Source: a virus (lineage: Duplodnaviria > Caudoviricetes). Taken from it: DNA of 47,882 nucleotides. The notes below the pieces were generated by a model, which did no database searches, was not told where the DNA came from, and saw only the letters and a list, made by a program, of their open reading frames with translations. The DNA lies in IMG/VR virus record IMGVR_UViG_3300020458_000006, positions 1 through 47,882 of that record. The stretch is one strand, 5' to 3'. A program made the translations under genes and the position numbers. This document shows, one piece after another, positions 1 through 9,634 of this stretch. The stretch's first letter is position 1. Every line of letters starts with the position of its first letter.

Positions 1-69
1 AGCGCAGCTTGGTAGCGCACTTGCATGGGGTGCAAGGGGTCGTAGGTTCAAATCCTACCGTCCCGACCA
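1..69 (+). tRNA. tRNA-Pro(GGG), 5' end cut by window edge; integration target
   Basis: D-arm GCGCAGCTTGGTAGCGC, anticodon arm CTTGC-ATGGGGT-GCAAG (GGG), T-arm GTAGG-TTCAAAT-CCTAC, 3' CCA at 67..69. Confidence 0.95.
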
Positions 70-77
70 GAATTCCC
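25..77 (+). repeat. attL core, 53-bp direct repeat
   Basis: ATGGGGTGCAAGGGGTCGTAGGTTCAAATCCTACCGTCCCGACCAGAATTCCC identical to 47807..47859. Confidence 0.97.
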
Positions 78-84
78 CGAAAAT

Positions 85-114
85 GCAGACACTTAAAAGG
101 CGTCTGCCTTTTTT
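85..114 (+). terminator. Intrinsic terminator after the tRNA (phage side)
   Basis: GCAGAC...GTCTGC stem followed by a T run. Confidence 0.6.
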
Positions 115-124
115 CGTTTTGGGC

Positions 125-155
125 CAACCAAAATACAACCAATAGAAAACCAAAA
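125..155 (+). promoter_or_regulatory. Probable integrase arm-type sites
   Basis: CAACCAAAA/CAACCAATA/AAACCAAAA at 11-bp period; CAACCAAAA recurs at 47688..47696 near attR. Confidence 0.55.
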
Positions 156-159
156 CCCC

Positions 160-1236
160 CTACTCTGCAGCAACCTCTACCCACCGAATTTCATCGTGTC
201 CTGAGTCATAGTTGCTGGTCATTTTTGCGCTGGCATGGCCCGCCAATTGTTGCGGGTCTACTCCCTTATCCCGATAGTTCTTGATGCCCAGCGCCCGGAT
301 CTCGTGGAACGTTGGCAGCTCATTTTCAGGCACACCATCGAACAAGCCGGATTCGTCCCTGGCTTCAGCGAATGCCCTGGTAATCATCTGCGGGCGAACC
401 TGCGTCCAGTGATCCATTCCCTCCCGGTCTTTCACTTTACGCTCAGGCCTACGATGCACCAGGTAGGGACTGGCCAGATCGTCACGGCAACGCCGGATAA
501 CCTTCTTCAGCTTCGGACCAATACTGATGGCCAAATAGCCGGTGTCGTACTTCTCCGTTTTCTCCTGCACCACGTACAGCTTTCCGTCCCGGATATTGTC
601 GAACTTCATCCGCGACACATCACCCCGGCGCTGCAGCGTAATAAGAGCAAGATCCATGGCGTTCTGGGCCCATGCCGGGCACAGCGCGTGGATGGCGTCA
701 TACTGGGCCTGGGTGAGCCGCCGGCGAGCTTTCTTTTCTCTGCGCTTCAGCGTGGCCTCGGCTGGATTATCTGACCGTAGCCCCCTGCTCACTGCCACCC
801 TAAACAGGCCAACAGCCACCTGCCGAATCTGGTTCGCTGACCGCGGCGAATACTTTTCCAATAGCTCGGCAATGTCCTGTACGCTCACGTCCTCGACCGC
901 CACATCACCCATGGCAGCCTCCAGCTTTCGAGCCTGGACTCGGTACATCTCCAGAGTGCTCGGCTTGTATTCCCTCTCCGGGGCGACATTTTCAAAGAAC
1001 CATTTGATGTGCTGGCTGATCGTCACATTGCCCAGCACCTTCGCTACCAGGTCATTCTCTGGCATCAAGTGCGCGTTCAGTTCCTTGGCAGCCGCGATGG
1101 CCTGGGCCTTATTGGAACCCATACCGTGGAACTTTCCAGTCACCGGATGACGATACTGGTATGACTTGCCACCGTTGTTCGGATACAGGTTCGGGGGCAA
1201 AGCTCTGTTCTTCGGTCTGCGTGGCCGTGGGCTCAT
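160..1236 (-). CDS. int: Tyrosine integrase (lambda Int family)
   Basis: N-terminal arm-binding YQYRHPVTGK; catalytic QRRGD, FHEIRALG, LAGH, NY; next to att. Confidence 0.95.
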   Translation of the reverse strand: MSPRPRRPKNRALPPNLYPNNGGKSYQYRHPVTGKFHGMGSNKAQAIAAAKELNAHLMPENDLVAKVLGNVTISQHIKWFFENVAPEREYKPSTLEMYRVQARKLEAAMGDVAVEDVSVQDIAELLEKYSPRSANQIRQVAVGLFRVAVSRGLRSDNPAEATLKRREKKARRRLTQAQYDAIHALCPAWAQNAMDLALITLQRRGDVSRMKFDNIRDGKLYVVQEKTEKYDTGYLAISIGPKLKKVIRRCRDDLASPYLVHRRPERKVKDREGMDHWTQVRPQMITRAFAEARDESGLFDGVPENELPTFHEIRALGIKNYRDKGVDPQQLAGHASAKMTSNYDSGHDEIRWVEVAAE

Positions 1237-1427
1237 GCTGCCAGCACCCTATTCACCAGCGGGTTATTCGATACCTTGAGTCTGTCCAGATCCACATAGT
1301 AGATGGTTCCGATCCGCTGACCAGGCAGTTCGCCTTCGTCGATGCATTTTTTTAGCGTTTTCATGTCCGGCTCACTCCCCTTCTCAAAGTACCGAGTTCG
1401 GAATTGTGTTGCTTTCATGAGCTTCAC
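1233..1427 (-). CDS. Excisionase-like DNA-binding protein
   Basis: 64 aa overlapping int start; TLKKCIDEGELPGQRIGTIYYVD winged-helix pattern. Confidence 0.75.
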   Translation of the reverse strand: MKLMKATQFRTRYFEKGSEPDMKTLKKCIDEGELPGQRIGTIYYVDLDRLKVSNNPLVNRVLAA

Positions 1428-1660
1428 TGTTCACCTCCCGCGCGCTCGCACTCCGCCACCATTCGATCAATCGCCGCCCGCAGCTCCGGCCACTCATCGG
1501 GATTGATGAGTATCGAGCCGGTGTTCGTCTGCTCGGCTTTTACAAACTCTCCGCCGCCTTCGTCGTCGATGCTGATTCGCGTGGCCATCTCGCTGAAAAT
1601 AAAGGCGTCCTTTTCAGGGTGGACAACCACCTGCATGACTCGGCATTTGTAGTCAGTCAT
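1424..1660 (-). CDS. Phage hypothetical protein
   Basis: Coupled ORF in the leftward operon; start chosen at MTDYKC. Confidence 0.65.
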   Translation of the reverse strand: MTDYKCRVMQVVVHPEKDAFIFSEMATRISIDDEGGGEFVKAEQTNTGSILINPDEWPELRAAIDRMVAECERAGGEQ

Positions 1661-2084
1661 CGCCACGCTCCCCAACAAGCTCAAACACCTTTCTCTGGCA
1701 AGGGCTGCCAGGCTCCGGCATCAGGCCTGTCTCAATGCAGCCCCGAAACACTTTGACCATGGTTTCCAGTTCTTCAACCCGATCAGTCAGCACGGCATTC
1801 GCCGCCCGCTCACTCTCGATAACCTCCGGACTGGATTCGGCCAGCATCTGCTTTGCGTGGCGCTCCAAGATCTCGGCGCTTTTCTTGGCGGCATCCATGC
1901 CCATCTTTGCCGCTTTGGCCTGTCGGTCGATGATCTCCTGGTGCTTATCCGCCCGGATATACTTCACCGCCTCGGCAGGATCGTGGTCACGGCTTGGCGC
2001 TGGATCATCGCACCAGACCATGCATGGCGCTCCGTCTACGTCCTCGCCGGGTATGAGATAAATTGTCTCTGGTGTGTCAGCCAT
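1653..2084 (-). CDS. Phage hypothetical protein
   Basis: SD GGAGG before MADTPET; overlaps neighbours. Confidence 0.65.
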
Positions 2085-2622
2085 GCTCACCTCCCGCCTG
2101 TTCGACTTCGTCGGCTTGTTGGTGCTTGGCGCACCAATGGCTCGCATACTCTCCATGCAACTCATTCCTTAGTTTCTCTACTGCAATCCTCGCTGCATCT
2201 ATCGTTTTGTGATAACCGCCAAAATGGCATTTATTCTCTTTCCATACCTCGGCTTTCCATCGCTTTTTCCGAGATTCCCAGCAAACACCTTTCACGCCGC
2301 TTTTGTTCATTGGGTGGCGCCCTTTATTCATGCTATTTTGGCTGTTAGTTACCAATCTCAAGTTTTCGATTCGATTATCCCTTCGATTTCGGTTGATGTG
2401 ATCAATTTGCTTCTGTGGTAGATACCCGTTGTGGTAAAGCCAAGCGAGGCGGTGAGCTTTGTATATTTTTCCGTCAACGCTTATAACTATCGCCCCGCTG
2501 GGATGAAGCGTTCCAGCTTCGTCTCCGGCTCTAGCCCGATGGTTTCGATCTACTAGCCAGTAGAAATTCCCATTGCTTTCATGCCGAAGTAGTTCGCGAA
2601 TACGCTCTTGGGTTAGCATCAC
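2077..2622 (-). CDS. HNH endonuclease with AP2-like C-terminus
   Basis: AHRLAW...[17 protein letters not shown] then SGVKGVCW...KRWKA; AT-richer than flanks. Confidence 0.9.
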
Positions 2623-3887
2623 GCACCCTCCTTCGGTGGTTGTGGGCGCTTGAGGCCGGTGGGCATCCAGTGAGATAGGTTCATGTGACCGTTCTCGTAG
2701 TCACCTTTCAGGTCTCGCCAAAGTGCGTGGAAGATGTCGCCATCTTCGCTATCGTAAATCCACACCCACCAATCTTCCTCAGTCGGCAACCGCTCATCGC
2801 ACCGAACCCACCCATCAGCCTGGGGCGTGGTGGATAGCAGTGCGTGCGCACGATCCATCATCGCCCTGTGTTTGTATGGCGCGTCTTCATCCACGCTCAT
2901 TTCGTAGTCGTGCATTGCCTGCACCATTTCTGCCAGACACTCGCGCCACCCCTCCGGCACGTCAGCCTGCCGCCTTACGCGCTGCAACTCTTCATGCAAA
3001 TCTTCAATCTCTGTCTCAAGCTCTGCCGTGCGGTTGTGATACTCGCTACGCAGGTTATTGAGCGCGTCCTGGCACTCAAAAAGCTGGCGCCTATAAATGT
3101 CGGTCAGACGCTCCTCCCCATCCGGCACGGCGGTCTGGGGTGTGTCCAATATTGCCCGAACGCGCTTCTGAGCTTCTCTCACCCCGGATATGCAGCCGCC
3201 CCTAATTTCCGACGCATACTGAATCGCGTCTTCGCATTGCCTTATGACGTCCTCCGGCACACTCCCTTGCTTGGGCGATCCGTCAAGCAATCCCTTCAGA
3301 GTTCCTGCACTGATAACTACCCGAACATCCTTATGCAGAGTTTCGAGGCTGTCTTGCTCAGAGCCTTCGAAGTACCAATAGACCGTGTCAGGTTTACCTT
3401 CTGGCTGGGGTGTGGCGGACAGTAGGGCATGAGCCCGATCCATCATCGCCCTGTGCTTGTATGGCGCGTCCTCATCCACACTCATTTCGTAGTCGTGCAT
3501 TGCCTGCACCATTTCTGCCAGACACTCACGCCACCCCTCCGGCACGGCGGGCTGGGGCTGGGTGTTAAGCAACTCCGCCACATACCCGCGAACCTCACAC
3601 CAGGTAACATCATCGGCGCCAAATCCCTGCCGGTTCCATTCTTTGAACTTCCGGTATAGCTTGCTGACGATAGGATCAACTGCTGGGTCGCTCCACTTAA
3701 CTGCGTCAGCACCCCGGCCACCCTGAGCGCTGGAAGGCTGCCCCTCAAAATCATCAAGCCACATAACACGCCCGCCCTCAGATACAGCGGCCCAGGCTCC
3801 CGCCTCATTACGCACCAGCACCCCGCAAACATCGCCGCCCAGCTGGCGGACTTTGGATTCTGCGATTGGTTTTAGTTCGACGTTCAT
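2619..3887 (-). CDS. Modular Ea/DUF551-like protein with internal duplication
   Basis: C-terminal WVRCDERLP...SHWMP pattern; duplicated 43-aa block; repeated VPEG/VPED/VPDG linkers. Confidence 0.75.
2836..3545. repeat. Direct repeat of ~125 bp (about 2836..2960 and 3421..3545)
   Basis: Both copies encode [43 protein letters not shown]; visible differences are synonymous. Confidence 0.9.
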
Positions 3888-4096
3888 TTCGCACGCTCCG
3901 GTGTCATAAGGTCCGCGATCCGCAACTTCAAAATCCCAAGGTAGGTTTGCATTGCGTGGTACTGGGCAACCAGCATTTCGCGCTGGAAATCCGGCAATTC
4001 CTCATGCCTCCGGGACGAAATGAATTTGCATAGTTTTTCCGTCTTCGCTTCGAGCGCATCACGCTCACGATGCAATCTCTGGATAACGTCAATCAC
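3884..4096 (-). CDS. Small helical protein, crAss001_48-like
   Basis: QRLHRERDALEAKTEKLCKFI...LVAQYHAMQTYLGILKLRI resembles that family (recalled pattern). Confidence 0.6.
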   Translation of the reverse strand: MIDVIQRLHRERDALEAKTEKLCKFISSRRHEELPDFQREMLVAQYHAMQTYLGILKLRIADLMTPERAK

Positions 4097-4407
4097 ACCT
4101 CACCCCCAAACACCGTAAACCGGCACTGCTTTGAATCCAGCGCTGCCTTCAATCCAGCGCGATCTGCAAACGTAATCACCAGCGCGTTCTCGTAGTTGTC
4201 CTCGTCGTTGAAGTACAGGTTGCCCATGCACTGCACGTCGCCCTTGACCATTTTCGTGGCGTCACAAAAATGATCTGAAGCGTCAAGGATTCCTTGACAG
4301 TTGCCGTGGCTGGCACGGGCATTCCAGCCCATGCGCACCAGCTCGATGCCCTCGAAGCTCAGCCCGGCAGTGCCGAGGTGCTTCTGTGCGTATTCTTCAA
4401 ATGTCAT
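4093..4407 (-). CDS. Phage hypothetical protein
   Basis: ATGA-coupled ORF. Confidence 0.6.
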   Translation of the reverse strand: MTFEEYAQKHLGTAGLSFEGIELVRMGWNARASHGNCQGILDASDHFCDATKMVKGDVQCMGNLYFNDEDNYENALVITFADRAGLKAALDSKQCRFTVFGGEV

Positions 4408-4781
4408 GCCTTCGTCCTCCGCACCGTCTCTGCCTTCCGGGCTTCAAGCCCTTTGGTGGTAATCATCCACTTGTCGCTATACTCAATCAGCCCGGCGCCC
4501 TCGGCTTCATCCAGCGCCCGGTTCAGCCGTGACGCTGTCCAGCATTCCCGGCTGGCGGGATCATCCAACTGGCCGTGATAGTTCTGCTTCAGGTCGTACC
4601 AGTTCTGCGGCCTGTCAATTCCACGGTGGTTCTCAAACAACCGCAGCAGCGTGAACACGTCCGGTGATAAGGGCTTGGCGAACATTTCCGCCTGCTCCTC
4701 GGCTCGCTCCTCCCGGCGACGGTCGTATTCGTAATCGGCCCGCTCGTCGCTGCGTTCGCTCATGAAGATGGCTCTGCTCAT
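4404..4781 (-). CDS. Hypothetical protein, possible C-terminal winged helix
   Basis: LNRALDEAEGAGLIEYSDKWMITTKG. Confidence 0.6.
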   Translation of the reverse strand: MSRAIFMSERSDERADYEYDRRREERAEEQAEMFAKPLSPDVFTLLRLFENHRGIDRPQNWYDLKQNYHGQLDDPASRECWTASRLNRALDEAEGAGLIEYSDKWMITTKGLEARKAETVRRTKA

Positions 4782-5284
4782 GCCGCCTTACCCCTCTGTA
4801 GATGCGCCTCGTTCACTTCCCGCCAGATCCGCTGGCGTTCCGGGCTGTACTTGCCCAAGCCCCACAGGCTCAGGCGCTCATCATTCGCCACCGCGCCGAA
4901 CGTTCCGGCAATCCAGCCAACGTCAACAACCTGGCTGGTCTGCTGTGCGTTCAGCACCTCGGCCCGCAGGTCTTGATACAGACCGTCGAAATCTCCCAGC
5001 GCCACATCGCGCACAATCCGGGTTTCTTCCTCTACCCATTCGGCGCCGGTGGCATCCCGGCAGAAGGCCCGCACGGTGATGATCCAGTTGTTCCGGTACT
5101 GAACGATGGCATTCACGATCTTCGGCGCCAGCAACTCCCAGCCTCGCGCTGTTCTGGCCTTGGCCGTGGCGTACTGCGTATCGGTTGCTGGGTCGCGGTC
5201 GGCTTCCCAGGTCCAGATCACAGTTGAGGCAAAGAATCGCTGGGCCCGCTTGTTCGGGTTATGCCGTTTGCGTACTTTGGCCAT
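4778..5284 (-). CDS. Phage hypothetical protein
   Basis: Start MAKVRKRHNPNKR; coupled to the next gene. Confidence 0.65.
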   Translation of the reverse strand: MAKVRKRHNPNKRAQRFFASTVIWTWEADRDPATDTQYATAKARTARGWELLAPKIVNAIVQYRNNWIITVRAFCRDATGAEWVEEETRIVRDVALGDFDGLYQDLRAEVLNAQQTSQVVDVGWIAGTFGAVANDERLSLWGLGKYSPERQRIWREVNEAHLQRGKAA

Positions 5285-5438
5285 CGATTTTCTCCAGCTT
5301 CCCGTCAATCAACCGATACCCATACTTCGCCGGTTTCGGCTCCGGGTTATCGTCTCGCTCAAACGCCGCCCGGATTTCTGCCGGGTCATCCAGCTCTGCC
5401 CAGGCGGCAGCGAACTCGTCTTTGTTGTGGGGGTTCAT
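5259..5438 (-). CDS. Small hypothetical protein
   Basis: ATGA overlap with the upstream gene; MNPHNKDEF. Confidence 0.55.
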   Translation of the reverse strand: MNPHNKDEFAAAWAELDDPAEIRAAFERDDNPEPKPAKYGYRLIDGKLEKIDGQSTQTA

Positions 5439-5770
5439 GCCGCATACCTCCCCATCAACCACTTCGACTGCAAGCTCTCCGGCACCTTCAGCGGCACAAC
5501 AATCTGCTCGGGCTTGAGCTTGCGCATTTCGCCACTGGATTTCGGCTTGCGCTCAACACCTTTCCGGGCGCCACCGCTACCAACGCCTCGGCGGCATGGA
5601 TACGCTTCTTCCATCCATTCGCCCAGGCCCTGGCGAATCAGGGCGTTTGCCAGGGTTTCGCGGGCCATGCCCAGCTGGCGGGCGACGGTCTCCAGCGGCA
5701 GCTCAACGGCTGCCATGGCTTTCACCCGGTCAATCTGGCTGGGGGTCAGGACTACGCGGGGCTTGGCCAT
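5435..5770 (-). CDS. HTH DNA-binding protein
   Basis: LTPSQIDRVKAMAAVELPLETVARQLGMARETLANAL. Confidence 0.65.
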   Translation of the reverse strand: MAKPRVVLTPSQIDRVKAMAAVELPLETVARQLGMARETLANALIRQGLGEWMEEAYPCRRGVGSGGARKGVERKPKSSGEMRKLKPEQIVVPLKVPESLQSKWLMGRYAA

Positions 5771-7362
5771 TACGCGGCCTCCTGCACTTCGATCTGCTGC
5801 AGCCAGCCGATTACGGTTGCACGGTCTGCACCGTAGTGCTGGCACAGCACGGCAATGATTTCGTTGGTGGACGGCGCGCGCACTTCAGAGCGAATCTGAG
5901 TACTGGTACGCAGCGGATCGGTCGCGCGGGTTTCGGTGGCGGGGTCAGCCACAGTATCGGTTTGTACCTGGGCGGCAGCTTCCTGCTGCGCCTTCTGCTC
6001 AGCATCGCGCCGTGCCGCTTCCTCGGCTTCGCGCTTGGCTTTCGCTTCCTGTTCTGCCCGGTAGTCGGCAATGCGCACCTTCACCACCGCGGCAAAGTCA
6101 TCGGCGGGCTTCATGCAGATTTGGCCAAAGTCACGGAACAGGAACTTGTAGTCGGCAGCGTGTTCGTTCAGCTGCTGGATATTGCTCCGGATCAATTCGG
6201 CGGTTTCGTTGGCTTCGATCTTGACGCGGGCCAGCTCGTCGTCACAGGCGGACTGCAGGCTGCTGATCGTTTTCTTGCCCTTCATGGCGCCCGCAAAGTC
6301 GGCGTTGCTGCAGTTCAGGACTACCGGCAGGCCGTCCGCCTCTTTTTCCAGAGACCGTTCAAGGCCGCCCATGAACGCATCCCACTTGCCCCGGGCATCG
6401 TTCAGGATTTGCAGCTTGCGGGCTTCCTTCTGTTCCTTAACCGCCTTATCCAACTTCAGGCGCAGCTGCCGGGTTTCCTCGCTGATCCGGTCAATGGTCT
6501 TCACTACCTCGTCAACGGTCTGCATCTGGCCCAGCACGTTCTCCTTGGCGCCGGCCAGCCGCTTCTCCACGTCCTTACAGAACTTCACGGCTTTTTCAGC
6601 ATCAGCAAAGTCCTGGTCGCTCTGCAGGTCGGTGTTGATGCTTGCCAGGGTGGCCCGTGCACTTGCCTCAAACTCTTTGAGGTTGCTGGCCTCTACCATG
6701 CCGGTTACCCGAACAGACAGGGCAGGCAGGGCGTCAGGGGCTTTGCCTTCGGCTTTGGGTGCTTCCGGCTCGGCAGGCACGTATTCGGCCAGGTCTTTGG
6801 CGAACTGTTCCCAGGCGGCCAGCAATGGCTTGAATCTGGATTCATCGCGCTCAACCCAGAGGTACTTGAAGTTTTCCTCAGTGCCGTCAGAACCGACAAA
6901 CAGAATCCTCTCAGCACCGGACAAGGCGAACTGCTGATCCATCTGGATCCGGTAGTGTTCCTCAAGCTGCCCCGCGTCGATCTGTGCAGCCAGGTCAGCA
7001 GATAGCCATTTATGCTCAAAGCCGATGTCGCCCATCATGTTCAGGCCGTCCATCGAGGCCATGAATCCGTTTTCTTCATCGTCCATAACGACGGGGAAGA
7101 ACTCGTCTCCGGCGATCTTTTCGGCCAAGGGGCGGGCAGCTGCTTCAGCCCGGTGGCCGTCATCGAAAATACGCTGCTGGTGGCTGGAGACCTCCGGCAC
7201 AATGCCGGTGGCCTTCTGGCGAAGCAGGTCGTTCCGGCTCTGGTACTTCGACTTTCCAGCCATGGCCGGGGCCTCACTTGCGGTAAACCGCTTGGCCCGA
7301 AGGGCGTCCCACTCCGGGGAACCCTGAACCATGTTAACGATCTTGCCTTGTTGGAGTTTCAT
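5770..7362 (-). CDS. YqaJ/lambda-exonuclease family protein with long coiled-coil tail
   Basis: QGSPEWDALR, TASEA, GHRAE, ASMDG, EHK, YRIQMDQQF motifs. Confidence 0.88.
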   Translation of the reverse strand: MKLQQGKIVNMVQGSPEWDALRAKRFTASEAPAMAGKSKYQSRNDLLRQKATGIVPEVSSHQQRIFDDGHRAEAAARPLAEKIAGDEFFPVVMDDEENGFMASMDGLNMMGDIGFEHKWLSADLAAQIDAGQLEEHYRIQMDQQFALSGAERILFVGSDGTEENFKYLWVERDESRFKPLLAAWEQFAKDLAEYVPAEPEAPKAEGKAPDALPALSVRVTGMVEASNLKEFEASARATLASINTDLQSDQDFADAEKAVKFCKDVEKRLAGAKENVLGQMQTVDEVVKTIDRISEETRQLRLKLDKAVKEQKEARKLQILNDARGKWDAFMGGLERSLEKEADGLPVVLNCSNADFAGAMKGKKTISSLQSACDDELARVKIEANETAELIRSNIQQLNEHAADYKFLFRDFGQICMKPADDFAAVVKVRIADYRAEQEAKAKREAEEAARRDAEQKAQQEAAAQVQTDTVADPATETRATDPLRTSTQIRSEVRAPSTNEIIAVLCQHYGADRATVIGWLQQIEVQEAA

Positions 7363-7931
7363 GCTGCTCTGCTCCCGTGGTTCTCGTGATAGTTATGAAG
7401 CTTTTCAGCGGCTTTGCGCGCATCAATCGCTTCCTCAATAGTGTCGAAGGCCCCGAGGTAGATCCGCTTGCCTCCGCAACAAATCCTGGCAACCCACCTG
7501 TTGTCGCTTTTCTTGAAATTGACACCAAGGTGCCCGCTGGTGTTGTCGCTCCTGATTGAGATATTTCTAGCGTTTCCGGCAGAACCAACTTCCCTCAAGT
7601 TCTTTGGTCGGTTGTCGCCTCTGTCGTGGTTTATGTGGTCCAGCCAATCATCCGGCCACCGACCATTGCTCAAGGCGAAAACAACTTGGTGAGCCCTATA
7701 CCAGCGCCCGAGAATTGGGCCGTGAAAATATCCACGGCTATTCTTTGCAGTCATTGCCTGGCGCCCCGCATGTCGCCCATTCCAGCGCTTCGCTTCCTGC
7801 TTTTTGGAGTGGGCGCCGCCGGAGAACATTTCGGGCGGGCGCTCCCGCCAATAGAGATTCCCTGTCTCGACGTCCAGCCTCAGCAGTCGCCGAAGCAGGT
7901 CAACAGGGACAGGGTGCGGCTGACCGATCAT
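7359..7931 (-). CDS. HNH-AP2 endonuclease
   Basis: AHQVVF...DHINHDRGDNRPKNLR; NTSGHLGV...WVARI...YLGAFDTIEEAIDAR. Confidence 0.9.
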   Translation of the reverse strand: MIGQPHPVPVDLLRRLLRLDVETGNLYWRERPPEMFSGGAHSKKQEAKRWNGRHAGRQAMTAKNSRGYFHGPILGRWYRAHQVVFALSNGRWPDDWLDHINHDRGDNRPKNLREVGSAGNARNISIRSDNTSGHLGVNFKKSDNRWVARICCGGKRIYLGAFDTIEEAIDARKAAEKLHNYHENHGSRAA

Positions 7932-8689
7932 GCTTCTTCTCCTTGTGCTGCCAGCGCAATGATCTGCAGGCGCTGCTCGTCAGTCAGAATGGCGTTGCTT
8001 TCTACGGTATCGATCACCTGTTGCGGGGTTTTCTTGCCGCCCTCGATAATCGCCTGCCATTTCGGGAAATTAGCCTTGAACCTTTCGTCCGGGTAATGCT
8101 CCAACTGCGGGCGCGCTTCCTGTTTTGGTTGCTCGTACCGCTGTGCAACGCCCATGTCCCGCTCCGGCATATCCTCGGCTTCCTCCCGTGAAATCAGGCC
8201 AGCCAAGGCATCGGCAAACTGGTCACGAAGCGCAAAGCCCCGGGCGCGGAATGTCTGCATCCGCTTCGGGTACTGACTCCAAGGGCCAGCCTTACCCCAC
8301 AATCCAGCCTTCTCAGCGTCGGCCTTGCTGAAGGTGACCGTGTGCTTTTCGCCCTCTTTGCGCCATACCGTGCAAGTGGCGACCATGGCGTTCTCGTCGT
8401 AGGTTTCCTTGATTCCGCCGAATGCCGGGTGGTTTTGAACCAGGGCCAGCATGGCGTCACCGTAGATCGACGGCTTACCGTTAATCACGGCGATATTCTG
8501 CAGCGCCTGGATGGGGTTCAGGCCCAGCTCACTGCCCATCATCATGGCCACCAGGGTATCCTGCGGCTTATTCTGGTAGCACTTCGGGACCATCTGGCTC
8601 TTTGCCAGCATGTCCGCCATCTGCATGGCTTCCTGAATGTTTTGTGGCTGCAGGGCAAAGCCTGCGCCGGTTTTTGCCACCTGATTCAT
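7928..8689 (-). CDS. RecT-like single-strand annealing protein
   Basis: GSELGLNPIQALQNIAVINGKPSIYGD; WSQYPKRM...RARGFALRDQFAD; paired with the exonuclease. Confidence 0.8.
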   Translation of the reverse strand: MNQVAKTGAGFALQPQNIQEAMQMADMLAKSQMVPKCYQNKPQDTLVAMMMGSELGLNPIQALQNIAVINGKPSIYGDAMLALVQNHPAFGGIKETYDENAMVATCTVWRKEGEKHTVTFSKADAEKAGLWGKAGPWSQYPKRMQTFRARGFALRDQFADALAGLISREEAEDMPERDMGVAQRYEQPKQEARPQLEHYPDERFKANFPKWQAIIEGGKKTPQQVIDTVESNAILTDEQRLQIIALAAQGEEA

Positions 8690-8985
8690 GATGCCTGCTC
8701 CTTGTCCGATTTCTTCAAGCTCTCCCCGCAAAACGGGCAGTAGATCATCATCACTTTGATGCTGTCTTTGGTCAGGTTCTTGTAGGGCTCACCGGACTTC
8801 TTGATCTTCTGAAATTCGTAAGAAATCGGGAGACCAATCTTCGTGGTCAGCTCTTTTTCGCCAAGCACGATGGACTTGTTCTGCCACTCGGCCTCGAAGC
8901 TCGCCGCCTCGTTTTCTGGAAGCTGCCCCTTTAAGTTGTCAGTTACTTTTCCCAAAACCTCATCAAAACACTTGCACTCGCTCAT
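8686..8985 (-). CDS. Zn-binding hypothetical protein
   Basis: N-terminal CKC, C-terminal YCPFCG. Confidence 0.65.
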   Translation of the reverse strand: MSECKCFDEVLGKVTDNLKGQLPENEAASFEAEWQNKSIVLGEKELTTKIGLPISYEFQKIKKSGEPYKNLTKDSIKVMMIYCPFCGESLKKSDKEQAS

Positions 8986-9356
8986 GCCGCCTTACTCCTA
9001 TCGTCTTCCATCATGTATTCCGCAGCCTCGCGGGTTTTCGCCAGGCCGATGATTTGCTCCACGGCTCGCGCCATGAGTTGTGTGAGAATCTTTGCCGCTT
9101 CAATCGGGTCAGTGCGGGTCATCATCACCGCCCGGTTGTGGGTGTCGGCGTCCAGTTCGATCATCATGTCCACCACGTCATCGCGGTCGTACACGGTGGT
9201 TCTCGGGTACAGGAAGCCGCTCGGGTGGTACCGCAACTTGAACTCACGACCGACCAGCAGAATCTCGCGCATATCCTGTTCTATGCGCTCCATGTCCAGT
9301 TCGATGTCTGAGGCGCGGTCTATTTCGCGCTGGTGTTGCATGTGTGACTGCCTCAC
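8982..9356 (-). CDS. Phage hypothetical protein
   Basis: Coupled ORF. Confidence 0.6.
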   Translation of the reverse strand: MRQSHMQHQREIDRASDIELDMERIEQDMREILLVGREFKLRYHPSGFLYPRTTVYDRDDVVDMMIELDADTHNRAVMMTRTDPIEAAKILTQLMARAVEQIIGLAKTREAAEYMMEDDRSKAA

Positions 9357-9634
9357 GGGGCCATCTCCTTATCTGTTACCAGCCAGCCTTGTTGCTTGAG
9401 AGCCTGAAGACCCCAAGCGCTCATAATCTGCCTGACTGTCGGTTGGCCTTGATCTGCCGCATAGGGCTTTTCGCTATGCTCTATGTGACAAGCCTTTGAT
9501 CCGCCCCCGGGCGCTCGGCACATCAAGACGCTTTCGCCAGTCTTCAGGATTTTTCTGCAGATGAAGCATCGGTGATTGTGTTTTCTGCGGCTGGAGGAAT
9601 ATCTGCACTCCCAAGTAGGGTTCGGCCTTTTCAC
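9353..9634 (-). CDS. Zn-finger-like hypothetical protein
   Basis: HRCFICRKIL...CHIEH. Confidence 0.55.
   Translation of the reverse strand: MKRPNPTWECRYSSSRRKHNHRCFICRKILKTGESVLMCRAPGGGSKACHIEHSEKPYAADQGQPTVRQIMSAWGLQALKQQGWLVTDKEMAP

Noticed and set aside
9-284. 91-aa ORF at the left end
   Set aside because: Overlaps the tRNA, att site and integrase 3' end
2836-3545. Repeat pair as DGR template/variable repeat
   Set aside because: Both copies are coding, differences are synonymous rather than adenine-specific, and no reverse transcriptase is present
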